Origin: an uncultured Candidatus Saccharibacteria bacterium
GTDB taxonomy: Bacteria > Patescibacteriota > Minisyncoccia > Phycocordibacterales > SBAW01
Length of the DNA stretch: 64,000 nucleotides
Assembly (NCBI GenBank): GCA_964566795.1
Contig: CAZMIU010000001.1
Span: 15,388-79,387 of the forward strand
Direction: 5' to 3'
The translations under genes were made by a program, and so were the position numbers. Below are positions 39,702 to 55,701 of this stretch, piece by piece. How positions within the stretch are numbered: the first letter of the stretch is position 1; the number at the start of each line of letters is the position of its first letter. Below the pieces are notes generated by a model, which was given only the letters and a program-made list of their open reading frames with translations, did no database searches and was not told the origin of the DNA.

Positions 39702-40072
39702 GGTTAACCCCGGTAGTACGTGCGTACCGTGCCGGGGGTTATCCGGCGTCTAGCCTGGGAAGTACAAGGGGCTCCTAATGAAGAAACTCCAGGAGAAGGA
39801 AACTCTCTGTGTGAGGAAACGTTGTCCGTACAGGGGCGAGATACAAAACAGCGGCAACGGCATGATTGTATGCTGTGCACTCGCTCTTACTGCGGAACTT
39901 AAGGCGGCAGGAATGCCACCACCCATGATCCACGCGCCATTCGGCGACCGCTGCAGGCACAACCCAAGCCTGGCAGAGGCTGCGTAGGGGGTTTACCCCC
40001 GCCCATAGCCCCCTGTTGTGCCATACACAGCAGGGGGTTGTTATTTTGAGCCCCATTTGGTACTTTAAGGGC
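39702..40072 (+). ncRNA. candidate structured non-coding RNA (unclassified) between rnhB and rpmF
   Basis: 370 nt with no convincing ORF. The 5' segment GAAGTACAAGGGGCTC (about 39762-39778) pairs long-range with GAGCCCCATTTGGTACTT (about 40046-40064). Several local hairpins are present (CCCCGGTAG..CCGGGGG, GGGGGTTTACCCCC). RNase P RNA, tmRNA and SRP RNA motifs could not be confirmed. Confidence 0.3.
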
Positions 40073-40300
40073 ATGGTAGTACGAATGCGCCATACGCGTG
40101 CACACACGGCTAACCGCCGTTCGCACCACGCCCTTAAGGCCCAAAAGCTCGCTGTATGCGAGTGTGGGGCCCCCCGCGTGTCTCATCGCGCATGCCCGTC
40201 GTGCGGGCGCTACCGCGGCCGTGTGGTTGTCGATGTTGCTGCCAAGGCGGCCGCAAAGTCTGCCCGCAAGGCTAAGAGGGATAAGAGCGAGGTGCGTTAA
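40073..40300 (+). CDS. rpmF: ribosomal protein L32
   Basis: [23 protein letters not shown]...CECG...CPSCG matches zinc-ribbon type L32 (RRSH.AL). Confidence 0.8.
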   Translation: MVVRMRHTRAHTANRRSHHALKAQKLAVCECGAPRVSHRACPSCGRYRGRVVVDVAAKAAAKSARKAKRDKSEVR

Positions 40301-40370
40301 GCGTACGTCTGGGCGGTTCGCTCTTGATTCTCTAAAGAAGGTTCTGGTCCCGCAGTAGCTCTACTACATA

Positions 40371-41279
40371 ATGGCCAACAGGCACCTTTCACGCTCAGCA
40401 GTCCTCCAAACACTCTTCGAGTGGGACTTCAGACATCTGTCCGCGGATGCGGCAGGCGAGGCGCTTGCCCGCGTGGCAGCAGAGTTTGTCCCACAGGGCG
40501 GCGACCTGCCGTTTATGGAGGAGCTCCTTAAGGGGACTCTCTCGCGCATTAAGGATCTCGACATGGTCATAGGCAAGGCCGCCCCCGAGTGGCCTATCGA
40601 GCGTATCGCCCCGGTTGACCGCAATGTACTGCGGCTTGGGCTGTTTGAACTTTTGTTTGCGGACCGCGACAAGGTCCCGGCCAAGGTCGCTATCAACGAG
40701 GCAATTGAGCTTGCCAAGCACTTTGGCGGCGAGCACAGCGGCCGCTTTGTAAACGGCGTCTTGGGCGCGGTATACAAAGAGCTGGGCGAGCCGGGCAAAG
40801 ACGAGGTAAGCAAGAAAAAGAAGGACGTCCCGTGGGAGGAGATGCCGCAAGAGCGCCTTGTGGGCGCCGTGGTATACGCCAAGAGCGGGAGCGAGCTATA
40901 CCTGGCGCTCGTGCATGACATTTTTGGCCATTGGACCCTGTCCAAGGGCAAGCTTACCCCCGAGGAGTCTCCCGAGGACGGCGTGGTTCGCAAGATTAAG
41001 GAGGAGATTGGCCTTACGATAGAGCCGGAGGCACGCTTGGGCGAGAACGAGTACGCCGCCAACGACCCCGCAACCGGCAAGAAGCGCAAGCACGTGATCT
41101 ACTTTTTGGCCAAGTCGCCGTTTACGGAGGTGCAGTTGGCAAAAAAGGGCGGGCTCGACGATGCGCGCTGGTTTAAGCTCAAGGACGCGCTCGAGCTCAA
41201 TTTTTATGAGGACATGCTCCCCATTGTGATGAAGGCAGTAGAGCAGCTGGGCGCAGGTAAGAAACTACACAGTCATTAA
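40371..41279 (+). CDS. nusB: NusB antitermination factor fused to a C-terminal NUDIX hydrolase domain
   Basis: The N-terminal ~150 aa are NusB-like (SRSAVLQTLFEWDF...FVNGVLGAVYKEL). The C-terminus carries a Nudix box, GKLTPEESPEDGVVRKIKEEIGL (G-x5-E-x7-REUxEExGU). It is a single continuous 302-aa ORF. Confidence 0.8.
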   Translation: MANRHLSRSAVLQTLFEWDFRHLSADAAGEALARVAAEFVPQGGDLPFMEELLKGTLSRIKDLDMVIGKAAPEWPIERIAPVDRNVLRLGLFELLFADRDKVPAKVAINEAIELAKHFGGEHSGRFVNGVLGAVYKELGEPGKDEVSKKKKDVPWEEMPQERLVGAVVYAKSGSELYLALVHDIFGHWTLSKGKLTPEESPEDGVVRKIKEEIGLTIEPEARLGENEYAANDPATGKKRKHVIYFLAKSPFTEVQLAKKGGLDDARWFKLKDALELNFYEDMLPIVMKAVEQLGAGKKLHSH

Positions 41280-41314
41280 TCCCGGCTACAGACTAGTCGG
41301 ATACACACACTAAT

Positions 41315-42007
41315 ATGGCAGCCGACTTTAATACGTTCGAGGACAAACTGGGCGTGCAGTTTAACGATGCAGACCTGCTTAGGCAGGCGTTTACGCACCG
41401 CTCATATCTCAACGAGCACCGCGGCGAGGTTAAGGGCCACAACGAGCGCCTGGAGTTTTTGGGCGACGCCGTACTCGAGCTTATTGCCACGCACTTTTTG
41501 TACGAGAAGTTCCCGGGCCAGACCGAGGGCGACTTAACCGCGTACCGCGCCGCGCTTGTAAACGCGGTGACGTGCGCGGAGGTGGCGCAGGAGCTTGGCA
41601 TGAACGACTATCTTTTGCTTAGCCGCGGCGAGGCCAAGGACACGGGCCGCGCGCGCGGTATCCTTATGGCCAACGCGTTTGAGGCGCTGGTGGGCGCCAT
41701 CTACCTGGATCAGGGCTACGACGCCGCCAAAAAATTTATAACAGAGTACCTGTTCCCCAAGATTGACGAGATTATCGAGAAAAAGCTCTGGCTTGATGCC
41801 AAGTCGAGTCTGCAGGAAAAAGCGCAGGAGGTAGAGGGCAGCACCCCGAGCTACAGCGTACTCAAGGAGTGGGGCCCCGACCACGACAAGCACTTTGTCG
41901 TGGGCGTGTATGTTAAGGACAAGCTTTTGGCCGAGGGCCAGGGCAAGTCTAAGCAGGACGCCGAGCAGGCCGCAGCGCGCGCCGCACTTGATGCCCGCGG
42001 GTGGTAA
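41315..42007 (+). CDS. rnc: ribonuclease III
   Basis: ERLEFLGDAVLEL is the RNase III signature. The C-terminal dsRBD ends in a KSKQDAEQAAA-type motif. Confidence 0.9.
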   Translation: MAADFNTFEDKLGVQFNDADLLRQAFTHRSYLNEHRGEVKGHNERLEFLGDAVLELIATHFLYEKFPGQTEGDLTAYRAALVNAVTCAEVAQELGMNDYLLLSRGEAKDTGRARGILMANAFEALVGAIYLDQGYDAAKKFITEYLFPKIDEIIEKKLWLDAKSSLQEKAQEVEGSTPSYSVLKEWGPDHDKHFVVGVYVKDKLLAEGQGKSKQDAEQAAARAALDARGW

Positions 42008-42017
42008 ACTGTAGGTA

Positions 42018-44216
42018 ATGCGGCTCAAATCGATAGAGCTTACTGGGTTTAAGTCTTTTGCCAAAAAGACGCCTCTTTCGTTTGAGGCCGCGATAACCTC
42101 CATAGTGGGTCCCAACGGCTCTGGCAAATCGAACATTGCCGAGTCGTTTCGCTTTGCTCTGGGCGAGCAGTCGATGAAGAGCATGCGCGGCAAGCGGGGC
42201 GAGGACATGATATGGAACGGTTCCAGTGCCTCACCACGCGGCAACAGGGCCTCGGTCAAGCTTGTGTTTGACAACGCAGACCGCAAGCTCCCGCTGGATT
42301 TTGACGAGGTGAGCGTGGAGCGCGTGGTGCACCGCGATGGCGGCAACGACTACCTGCTAAACGGCAGCCAGGTGAGGCTAAGAGATGTGCAGGAGCTCCT
42401 CTCGGGCGCCAACATAGGCTCCTCGGGCCACCACATCATTTCCCAGGGCGAGGCCGACCGCATTTTAAGCGCGGGCCCCACCGAGCGCCGCGAAATGATA
42501 GAGGATGCGCTGGGGCTCACCGCCTTTTTGTATAAGCGCGAGGAAGCGCACAAGAAGTTGGACAAAACCGCCGAGAATATGCGCGAGGTTGAGGCTCTGC
42601 GCCGCGAGCTCGCCCCGCATCTTAAGTTTCTAAACTCGCAGGTAAAAAAGCTCGAGGAGGCACAGACGCTCCGCGACGACCTAAAGGCGCGCTACCTGGA
42701 GTACTTTAAGCGCGAAAGCCAGTACCTAAAAATTTCCGAGGCTGATATTGCAGGCTCGCTCGAGGGCCCCGAGCACGAACATCGCGAGCTTGAGCGGCGC
42801 ATTGTGCACCTGCGCGAGGAGCTCCAAAAGAGTCATGGCAAAGACCATAGCACCCAGGAGTTGATGCGGCTTGAGGAGGAGGGTAGGAAGGCTGCACAGC
42901 GCCGCCAGGAGATTGCGCGCGAGTTGGGCCGTATCGAGGGCGCTCTTGCCGCGCACGAGGCTATTGGCCACCACGATGAGGCTGTGCCCGCAAGCGAGGC
43001 ACGCGGCTTTGCGGAGCGCGTGCTCTTGGAGCTTGAGTTGCCGTATGGCGACGAGGTGGCGTTTAAAAAGCGCGTCTCGGCGCTCATTATATTGACCCAG
43101 GAATTTTTGCGCCGGATTACTCAGGGGCCAAAGACTAAAGGCGAGAGCGCAGAGGACTTAAAGGCCAGGCGCCAGGCGCTTGATGAAGAGCTAAGCGCGC
43201 TTGGCAGGCAGGAAGAGGAGACCGCACGGGCAATTGTTGCGCTTAGGAGGTCTATCGAGAGCGAGAAGGATGCCTCGCGCGATGCCGAGCGCGAGCTCTT
43301 TCAGGCAATGGCGCGCCGCAGCGAGTTGGGAGCAGAGCTTGCGGGCCTCAGGGCCAGGCGCGAGCTGGTATTGCGCGAGCATGAGGCCTTTAAGCGCGAT
43401 CTTGGCGAGGCAGCGGTGCTTGTGGGCCACGAGGTTGCCGGGTATGAGCACTACGTGCTTGATATTGATGCAGATGGCGAGGACCGCGGGGTACAGGAGG
43501 ACCGTCGCCGCAAGCTCGAGCGCATCAAGATTCGTCTTGAGGAGTCGGGCTTGGCCGGCGCCTCTGACGTACTAAAGGAGCACAAAGAGACTACCGAGCG
43601 CGACGAGTTTCTGAGCCGCGAGCTTTTGGACCTTGAGACTAGCAGGCAGTCGCTCCTGCACCTCATAGATGAACTGACCCAAACACTAGAGATGCGCTTT
43701 GGCGAGGGGATTGAAAAGATCAACAGGGAGTTTGATGCATTCTTTAAGCTCATGTTTGGCGGCGGCTCGGCCTCGCTCCAAATTGTCAAGGAGAAAAAGG
43801 CGCGCCGCGGCGCAGTCGATAGTGATGAGGAAGATGCACAGGAGGATGATGGGGAGGTACAGCAGGGGATAGACCTCACGGTTTCTTTGCCGCTTAAGCG
43901 CGTTAAGGGCCTGCATATGCTCTCGGGCGGCGAGCGCGCGCTCACCTCTATTGCGCTTATATTTGCGATGAGCCAGGTTAACCCGCCGCCGTTCCTTATT
44001 TTGGATGAGACGGATGCCGCGCTCGATGAGGCAAACTCGCGCCGCTATGGCGATATGATAGAGACCTTGGCCAAGCACAGCCAGCTTATTGTGATAACCC
44101 ACAACCGCGAGACCATGAGCCGCGCCGGGATTTTGTACGGCATTACCATGGGCTCAGACGGCGCCTCCAAGCTCTTGAGTGTGAAATTTGAGGAGGCTTT
44201 GGCAGTGGCCAAATAA
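42018..44216 (+). CDS. smc: SMC-family chromosome segregation ATPase (short form, 732 aa)
   Basis: The N-terminus MRLKSIELTGFKSFAKK...VGPNGSGKSNI is canonical SMC with a Walker A. The C-terminal LSGGERALTSIALIFAM...LILDETDAALD carries the signature and Walker B. The coiled-coil arms are much shorter than usual. Confidence 0.85.
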   Translation: MRLKSIELTGFKSFAKKTPLSFEAAITSIVGPNGSGKSNIAESFRFALGEQSMKSMRGKRGEDMIWNGSSASPRGNRASVKLVFDNADRKLPLDFDEVSVERVVHRDGGNDYLLNGSQVRLRDVQELLSGANIGSSGHHIISQGEADRILSAGPTERREMIEDALGLTAFLYKREEAHKKLDKTAENMREVEALRRELAPHLKFLNSQVKKLEEAQTLRDDLKARYLEYFKRESQYLKISEADIAGSLEGPEHEHRELERRIVHLREELQKSHGKDHSTQELMRLEEEGRKAAQRRQEIARELGRIEGALAAHEAIGHHDEAVPASEARGFAERVLLELELPYGDEVAFKKRVSALIILTQEFLRRITQGPKTKGESAEDLKARRQALDEELSALGRQEEETARAIVALRRSIESEKDASRDAERELFQAMARRSELGAELAGLRARRELVLREHEAFKRDLGEAAVLVGHEVAGYEHYVLDIDADGEDRGVQEDRRRKLERIKIRLEESGLAGASDVLKEHKETTERDEFLSRELLDLETSRQSLLHLIDELTQTLEMRFGEGIEKINREFDAFFKLMFGGGSASLQIVKEKKARRGAVDSDEEDAQEDDGEVQQGIDLTVSLPLKRVKGLHMLSGGERALTSIALIFAMSQVNPPPFLILDETDAALDEANSRRYGDMIETLAKHSQLIVITHNRETMSRAGILYGITMGSDGASKLLSVKFEEALAVAK

Positions 44217-44262
44217 AAAAGTAGTGGTATAGTCTGGTTTAGGCAGCACATGGGAGGCCAAC

Positions 44263-44448
44263 ATGGCAGGATCGAAGACCATTGCCAGCGCAGACGCCGG
44301 CGACTTCCACTTTGAACTGAAGAAGGAGGGCGACAAGTATCACTGCCTGCGCTCGGATGTATCAAACCCGACACAGGCCGAGGAGGTGACCGATCTGCAG
44401 GATATCCCGCAGACCGTGTTCACTATCTTTAACAAGCTGATGTACTAG
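44263..44448 (+). CDS. small hypothetical protein (61 aa)
   Basis: GGGAGG lies 6 nt upstream of the ATG. The composition is not GC-artefact-like (MAGSKTIASADAGDFHFELKKEGDKYHCLRSD...). Confidence 0.35.
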   Translation: MAGSKTIASADAGDFHFELKKEGDKYHCLRSDVSNPTQAEEVTDLQDIPQTVFTIFNKLMY

Positions 44449-46445
44449 CGTACCAGCTCAAAATCGAGCGTGCGGGTCACCTGATCCGCCGCTACCAACT
44501 TTACACGCACGGCATCCCCGAGCGTGTATTTTTCTTTTGTGCGCTCACCCACAAGCGCGTACTCTTTTTGGCTGTAGGTAAAGAAGTCTTGACCGATAGA
44601 GCGTACGCGCACCAGACCCTCGGCACCGGAGGACTTTTCCTCCACGTACAGGCCCCAGTCGGTCACACCGCTAATCGTGCCGTCGAACGTCTGCCCGATT
44701 TTCGGCGTCATAAACTCTACCTGCTTGTAGCGTATAGACTCGCGCTCGGCATCCACGGCCTTGGCCTCCTGCTCGCAGGCAAGGATGCAGCTGGTCTCGA
44801 GGCCATCGTATTCCTCGCGGCTTATAGGCGCACCGCCCAGGTGTGAGGCCAGGATGCGATGCACGAGCATGTCGGGGTAGCGGCGTATTGGTGAGGTAAA
44901 GTGCGTGTAGTACTCAAACGCCAGACCAAAGTGCCCGATGTTTTTGGTGGTGTAGATGGCCTTAGCCATAGAGCGCAGGGTAGCAGTGCGGATGAGGTGC
45001 TCCTCGGGCTTGCCCTTAATTTCCTCGAGCAGTTTTTGGATGTCCTTGGCCCTGATCTTCGACTTTTTGTGGCCAAACTCGTAGCCTATCGCGCGCACAA
45101 AGGTGGCCAGCTCCTCGATACGGTCGGGCTTGGGGTCGTCGTGGATGCGGTACAAAAACGCGTAGCGCCTCTCGGGTACATCCTTGGCGATCTTTGATAC
45201 AAACTTGGCCACCTCGCGGTTAGCCAGGAGCATAAACTCCTCGATAAGCCAGTTGGTGTCGATACGCACCTTGCGGATTACCCTAAGCGGTACGCCGGTT
45301 ATAGGATCGAGTTCAAACTTAAACTCGTTGTCGCCAAAGTCTATGGCACCCTCCACAAAGCGCCTGTCGCGCATAATCTTGGCGAGTGTATATAACGCCA
45401 TCAGCTCTCGAGCAAAGGTCAGACCTTTGTAATCTGACAAAGGTCTGACCTTTGCTTGATCGAGGACCTCCTGTGCCTCCTCATACGTAAAGCGCTTTTT
45501 GGAGCGGATAACTGACTTGGTAAAGCTGCGCGAGAGTACGTTGGCCTTGGCATCAAGAATAAATATGCCCGAGAACGCGAGGCGGTCCTCGTCGGGCTTG
45601 AGCGACGCCACACCGCCCGAGATGGCGTGGGGGAGCATGGGGATGGTCGCGTCTACTAAATAGACTGAGGTGCCGCGCTTGCGCGCCTCACGGTCAACTG
45701 CGGTGCCCGGTGCGCAATAGTAGCTGGCATCTGCGATGTGTACACCTATGCGGTAGGTACCGTCCTCCAGTGTCTCTATAGAGAGTGCGTCGTCAAAGTC
45801 TTTGGCGTCTTTGGGGTCGATAGTCATCACATCGAGATGCCTGAAGTCCGCGCGGCGGGGCAGCTCGCTTGCAATAATCTCCTGGTGGCGGCGCTCGTAC
45901 TCCTTGGCCTCAAGCTCTGCCTCAGGAGGGAACTCGGTTTTAAAGCCCTTCTCTATAACGATCGCGTTCATCTCTACGCGGTGCTCGCCGGCTTTACCTA
46001 GTACCTCGACAATCTCGCCGTGTGCCACCTTGCCGTCAAAGGAGGTAAGACGCACCAGGACCTTCTCGCCATCTTTGCCGCCTTTAACCTTAATAGGTGC
46101 GTAAAACTTCTGATCGGCGGGGATAGCTGTGTCTCCTTTAATAGTGCAGACAAACTCCTGCTTGGCGCGCTTGATAACACGGGTCACTTTCCCGGCGTAG
46201 CGCTTGGCCTTGGGGGCCTGGCCCTTAAAGCCGCGGGTTGGGGCAAAGCCCATAACCATGACCTCGACCTCATCGCCGTTAAGCGCCCCACCCAAGTCTG
46301 CGGTTTGGATCTCGATGTCTTCTTTGTCGGCATCGTCTGGCCAGGGCAAATAGCCCACCCCTTTGCGGGTGACCTGTATTATCCCTTGGATACGTTTTTT
46401 AGCACCCTCGGGAGCCCCGGGGCGGCCATGTCTCTTAGGAGGCAT
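44445..46445 (-). CDS. rnr: ribonuclease R / RNase II family exoribonuclease
   Basis: It has the RNB catalytic domain (HFTSPIRRYPD) and a C-terminal S1-like region. The start is chosen at MPPKRHG (M72 of the track ORF) to avoid overlapping rpsP. Confidence 0.85.
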   Translation of the reverse strand: MPPKRHGRPGAPEGAKKRIQGIIQVTRKGVGYLPWPDDADKEDIEIQTADLGGALNGDEVEVMVMGFAPTRGFKGQAPKAKRYAGKVTRVIKRAKQEFVCTIKGDTAIPADQKFYAPIKVKGGKDGEKVLVRLTSFDGKVAHGEIVEVLGKAGEHRVEMNAIVIEKGFKTEFPPEAELEAKEYERRHQEIIASELPRRADFRHLDVMTIDPKDAKDFDDALSIETLEDGTYRIGVHIADASYYCAPGTAVDREARKRGTSVYLVDATIPMLPHAISGGVASLKPDEDRLAFSGIFILDAKANVLSRSFTKSVIRSKKRFTYEEAQEVLDQAKVRPLSDYKGLTFARELMALYTLAKIMRDRRFVEGAIDFGDNEFKFELDPITGVPLRVIRKVRIDTNWLIEEFMLLANREVAKFVSKIAKDVPERRYAFLYRIHDDPKPDRIEELATFVRAIGYEFGHKKSKIRAKDIQKLLEEIKGKPEEHLIRTATLRSMAKAIYTTKNIGHFGLAFEYYTHFTSPIRRYPDMLVHRILASHLGGAPISREEYDGLETSCILACEQEAKAVDAERESIRYKQVEFMTPKIGQTFDGTISGVTDWGLYVEEKSSGAEGLVRVRSIGQDFFTYSQKEYALVGERTKEKYTLGDAVRVKLVAADQVTRTLDFELVR

Positions 46446-46563
46446 TAATGGACCTATACTAGCGCATTTGTTGACCAAAAGCCAGTGGCCTGCTAGAGTA
46501 CTGCCATACCCCGCACGGGGCCCTTTTTCTGAGGAAAAAGGAAATACACAAGATTTAAGAAAT

Positions 46564-47004
46564 ATGTTGGTAATCCGACTCACACGCGTAGGCAAGAAAA
46601 AGGACGCCTCTTTCCGCGTGGTCGTTGTAGACTCCAAGCGCAAGGTTAAGGCCGGCAACTACCTCGAGATGGTAGGCTCCTATGACCCGCGCGTAGACCG
46701 CTCTGAGCTCAAGGCAGACCGCATCAAGCACTGGATAGCACAGGGTGCCAGGCCCTCTGACACCGTGCACAACCTCCTTGTTTCAAACAAGATTATTGAG
46801 GGCAAGAAAATAAATGTGCTCCCCAAGAAGGTGCTCGCTAAGCCTGCCCCGACCGAGGCGTCGGGGGTAGAGGAGCCGGTAGCCGAGGCTCCCGCAACAG
46901 AGGCAGCACCCGAGGCCGAGTCTGCACCCGCAGAGGAGGTAGCTCAGGAGACTCCCGCAGACACTCCGGCAGAGGAGGCACCCAAAGAGGAGGCAAGTGC
47001 ATAA
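46564..47004 (+). CDS. rpsP: ribosomal protein S16 with Ala/Pro/Glu-rich C-terminal extension
   Basis: MLVIRLTRVGKKKDASFRVVVVDSKRK matches S16. Confidence 0.9.
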   Translation: MLVIRLTRVGKKKDASFRVVVVDSKRKVKAGNYLEMVGSYDPRVDRSELKADRIKHWIAQGARPSDTVHNLLVSNKIIEGKKINVLPKKVLAKPAPTEASGVEEPVAEAPATEAAPEAESAPAEEVAQETPADTPAEEAPKEEASA

Positions 47005-47068
47005 AGCACTAGGCACGGAATACTCCTTGGTACACTAAAGGAGTAGATTTACAAATAAATATACTGAT

Positions 47069-47449
47069 ATGGCGACAGAGAAGGACCAGGAGTTTTTGGA
47101 GTTTGTTATCAAGGGTCTTGTTGAGAAGCCCGAGGATGTAAAGATCAGCCGCGTTGTTGATGAGATGGGTGTACTCCTCACCCTCGACCTTAACGCCGAG
47201 GACATGGGCAAGGTGATAGGCCGCTCTGGCAACACCGCCAAGGCTATCCGCACACTCCTGCGCGTCGTGGGTATGAAGCACAACGCCCGCGTTAACTTAA
47301 AGATTAACGAGCCCGCAGGTGGGCGCCGCGACACCAGCATGGACTCTGGCGGCACCGCAGCCCAGGGCTGGGACGGCAGTCACGAGGCTCCGGCTACCCC
47401 GGCCATGAAGAGTATTGACGAAGCCATGGGCGACCTCGACAACTTCTAG
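47069..47449 (+). CDS. KH-domain RNA-binding protein (YlqC/UPF0109-like)
   Basis: VIGRSGNTAKAIRTLL is a GxxG KH motif. It lies between rpsP and trmD, the conserved position. Confidence 0.8.
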   Translation: MATEKDQEFLEFVIKGLVEKPEDVKISRVVDEMGVLLTLDLNAEDMGKVIGRSGNTAKAIRTLLRVVGMKHNARVNLKINEPAGGRRDTSMDSGGTAAQGWDGSHEAPATPAMKSIDEAMGDLDNF

Positions 47450-48123
47450 TGAACTTCCACGTTGTCACACTATTTCCTGAAGTGATAGACGCCTACACAG
47501 GGGCGTCTATTTTGGGCCGGGCACAAAAGGCAAAGCTCATGAAGGTTAAGACGTACCAGCTGCGGGATACTGCGGGGAATAAGTGGGGCAAGGTAGATGA
47601 GAGGCCTTACGGCGGCGGTCCTGGTATGGTTTTGCGTGCTGAGCCGGTAATCAAAGCCGTCGAAAAGATACACAAAAAGCTCAATCGGGAGACCGAATCT
47701 CCCGACAGGAAGGTAAAAGTGTTGGTTACCTCTGCAGGTGGCAAGCCGCTTACTAACGCCTACGCCAAAGCGCTTACCAAGCACAAAGATGTGGTGATTA
47801 TTTGCGGCCGCTATGAGGGCATTGATGCGCGCGCCATAAAAGCGCTCAAGGCCGAGGAGGTGTCGGTTGGCGACTATATATTGACCGGCGGCGAGGTGCC
47901 GGCGATGGCTATTATCGATGCGACCGCCCGCCAGATTAAGGGAGTCTTGGGTAAGTTTGAGAGTTTGGAGGAGAGCAGGGTAGCCAGCCACGATATTTAT
48001 ACCCGCCCCGAGGTTCTCACTATAAAGGGCAAAAAGTACCGCGTCCCCAAGGTGCTACTCTCGGGCCACCATGCCAAAAAGGATGAGTGGAAAGAAAAGA
48101 GGCGCTCCAACCCAACTGGATAA
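47449..48123 (+). CDS. trmD: tRNA (guanine37-N1)-methyltransferase
   Basis: HVVTLFPE, YGGGPGMV and YEGIDAR match TrmD (SPOUT) motifs. Confidence 0.9.
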   Translation: MNFHVVTLFPEVIDAYTGASILGRAQKAKLMKVKTYQLRDTAGNKWGKVDERPYGGGPGMVLRAEPVIKAVEKIHKKLNRETESPDRKVKVLVTSAGGKPLTNAYAKALTKHKDVVIICGRYEGIDARAIKALKAEEVSVGDYILTGGEVPAMAIIDATARQIKGVLGKFESLEESRVASHDIYTRPEVLTIKGKKYRVPKVLLSGHHAKKDEWKEKRRSNPTG

Positions 48124-48205
48124 GGCGCTTGAGAGATTTTTATACCGTGTTACTGTATTGGGCACGTGCATAAAGCACGATGAAGTACACACGAGGGAGA
48201 CCCGA

Positions 48206-48391
48206 ATGCTCCAAGGACAGGCTCTTGAACAAAGGCCGATTCCAACCAAGTGGAAGAAAAGGACTGCCCCCGAGTATATCCGGCCGGTCCATGTTACGCC
48301 GGCTTTCAACCATCCGCCCGACTCCCGCCCCCTTTCCTGGGAGTTTCCTCCCCAAGAGACCAATGTCGTCCCGTTGCGTCCCCGTAACTAG
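48206..48391 (+). CDS. small Pro-rich ORF (61 aa, speculative)
   Basis: GAGGGAGA lies 6 nt upstream of the ATG. It is followed by a hairpin plus U-tract at 48405-48437. There is no family assignment, and it is not L19. Confidence 0.3.
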   Translation: MLQGQALEQRPIPTKWKKRTAPEYIRPVHVTPAFNHPPDSRPLSWEFPPQETNVVPLRPRN

Positions 48392-48404
48392 CGCTTTCAT
48401 CCAG

Positions 48405-48437
48405 ACCCCCGGCCTTATACAGGCTGGGGGTTCTTCT
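48405..48437 (+). terminator. rho-independent terminator downstream of trmD / small ORF
   Basis: ACCCCCGGCC-ttataca-GGCTGGGGGT followed by TCTTCT. Confidence 0.6.
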
Positions 48438-48456
48438 ATATATAGGAGTAGGGGGT

Positions 48457-48484
48457 TTGACAGCCCCCAATATATGGCTATACT
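48457..48484 (+). promoter_or_regulatory. near-consensus sigma70 promoter TTGACA-16-TATACT upstream of rpoBC with ~280-nt leader
   Basis: TTGACA at 48457-48462 and TATACT at 48479-48484. The ATG of rpoBC is at 48768. Confidence 0.5.
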
Positions 48485-48767
48485 GGATAGCGAAACCAAC
48501 AGGCAGTCCGCCTTGGGTGGACGATTGAGTATCGAGTGGGGGTTTCGATACAAATAGAAAGGTGCTCGGTTACACCTAAAGCTTCATAGAGAAGCGACGG
48601 GAGCTATTTACGCGCCCGCGATTTTTCGTGTTTTGGCTCTGTGCATAAGTATCTTGTAGCGCGAAAGGTTTTGTGCTCGCAGCCATTGCCAGAAACATCA
48701 GGTCTTTAGTCCGCAAGAGCAGTAGTGCGAGGTCTCATTATTACGGGCACTTCATCAAATATTAACT

Positions 48768-55619
<6,852 letters not shown>

Positions 55620-55701
55620 CAACTCAGTATTACAAAACAAAAAGTCCGGGCCTGCCAAGGTCTCGGGCTTTTTGCACTAAAAGAGTAGACTACAACTATC
55701 T

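Noticed and set aside
48438-48767. tmRNA or RNase P RNA in the rpoBC upstream region
   Set aside because: No tRNA-like 3' end, tag-peptide reading frame, or RNase P conserved motifs could be recognised by eye. It is better explained as promoter plus leader.
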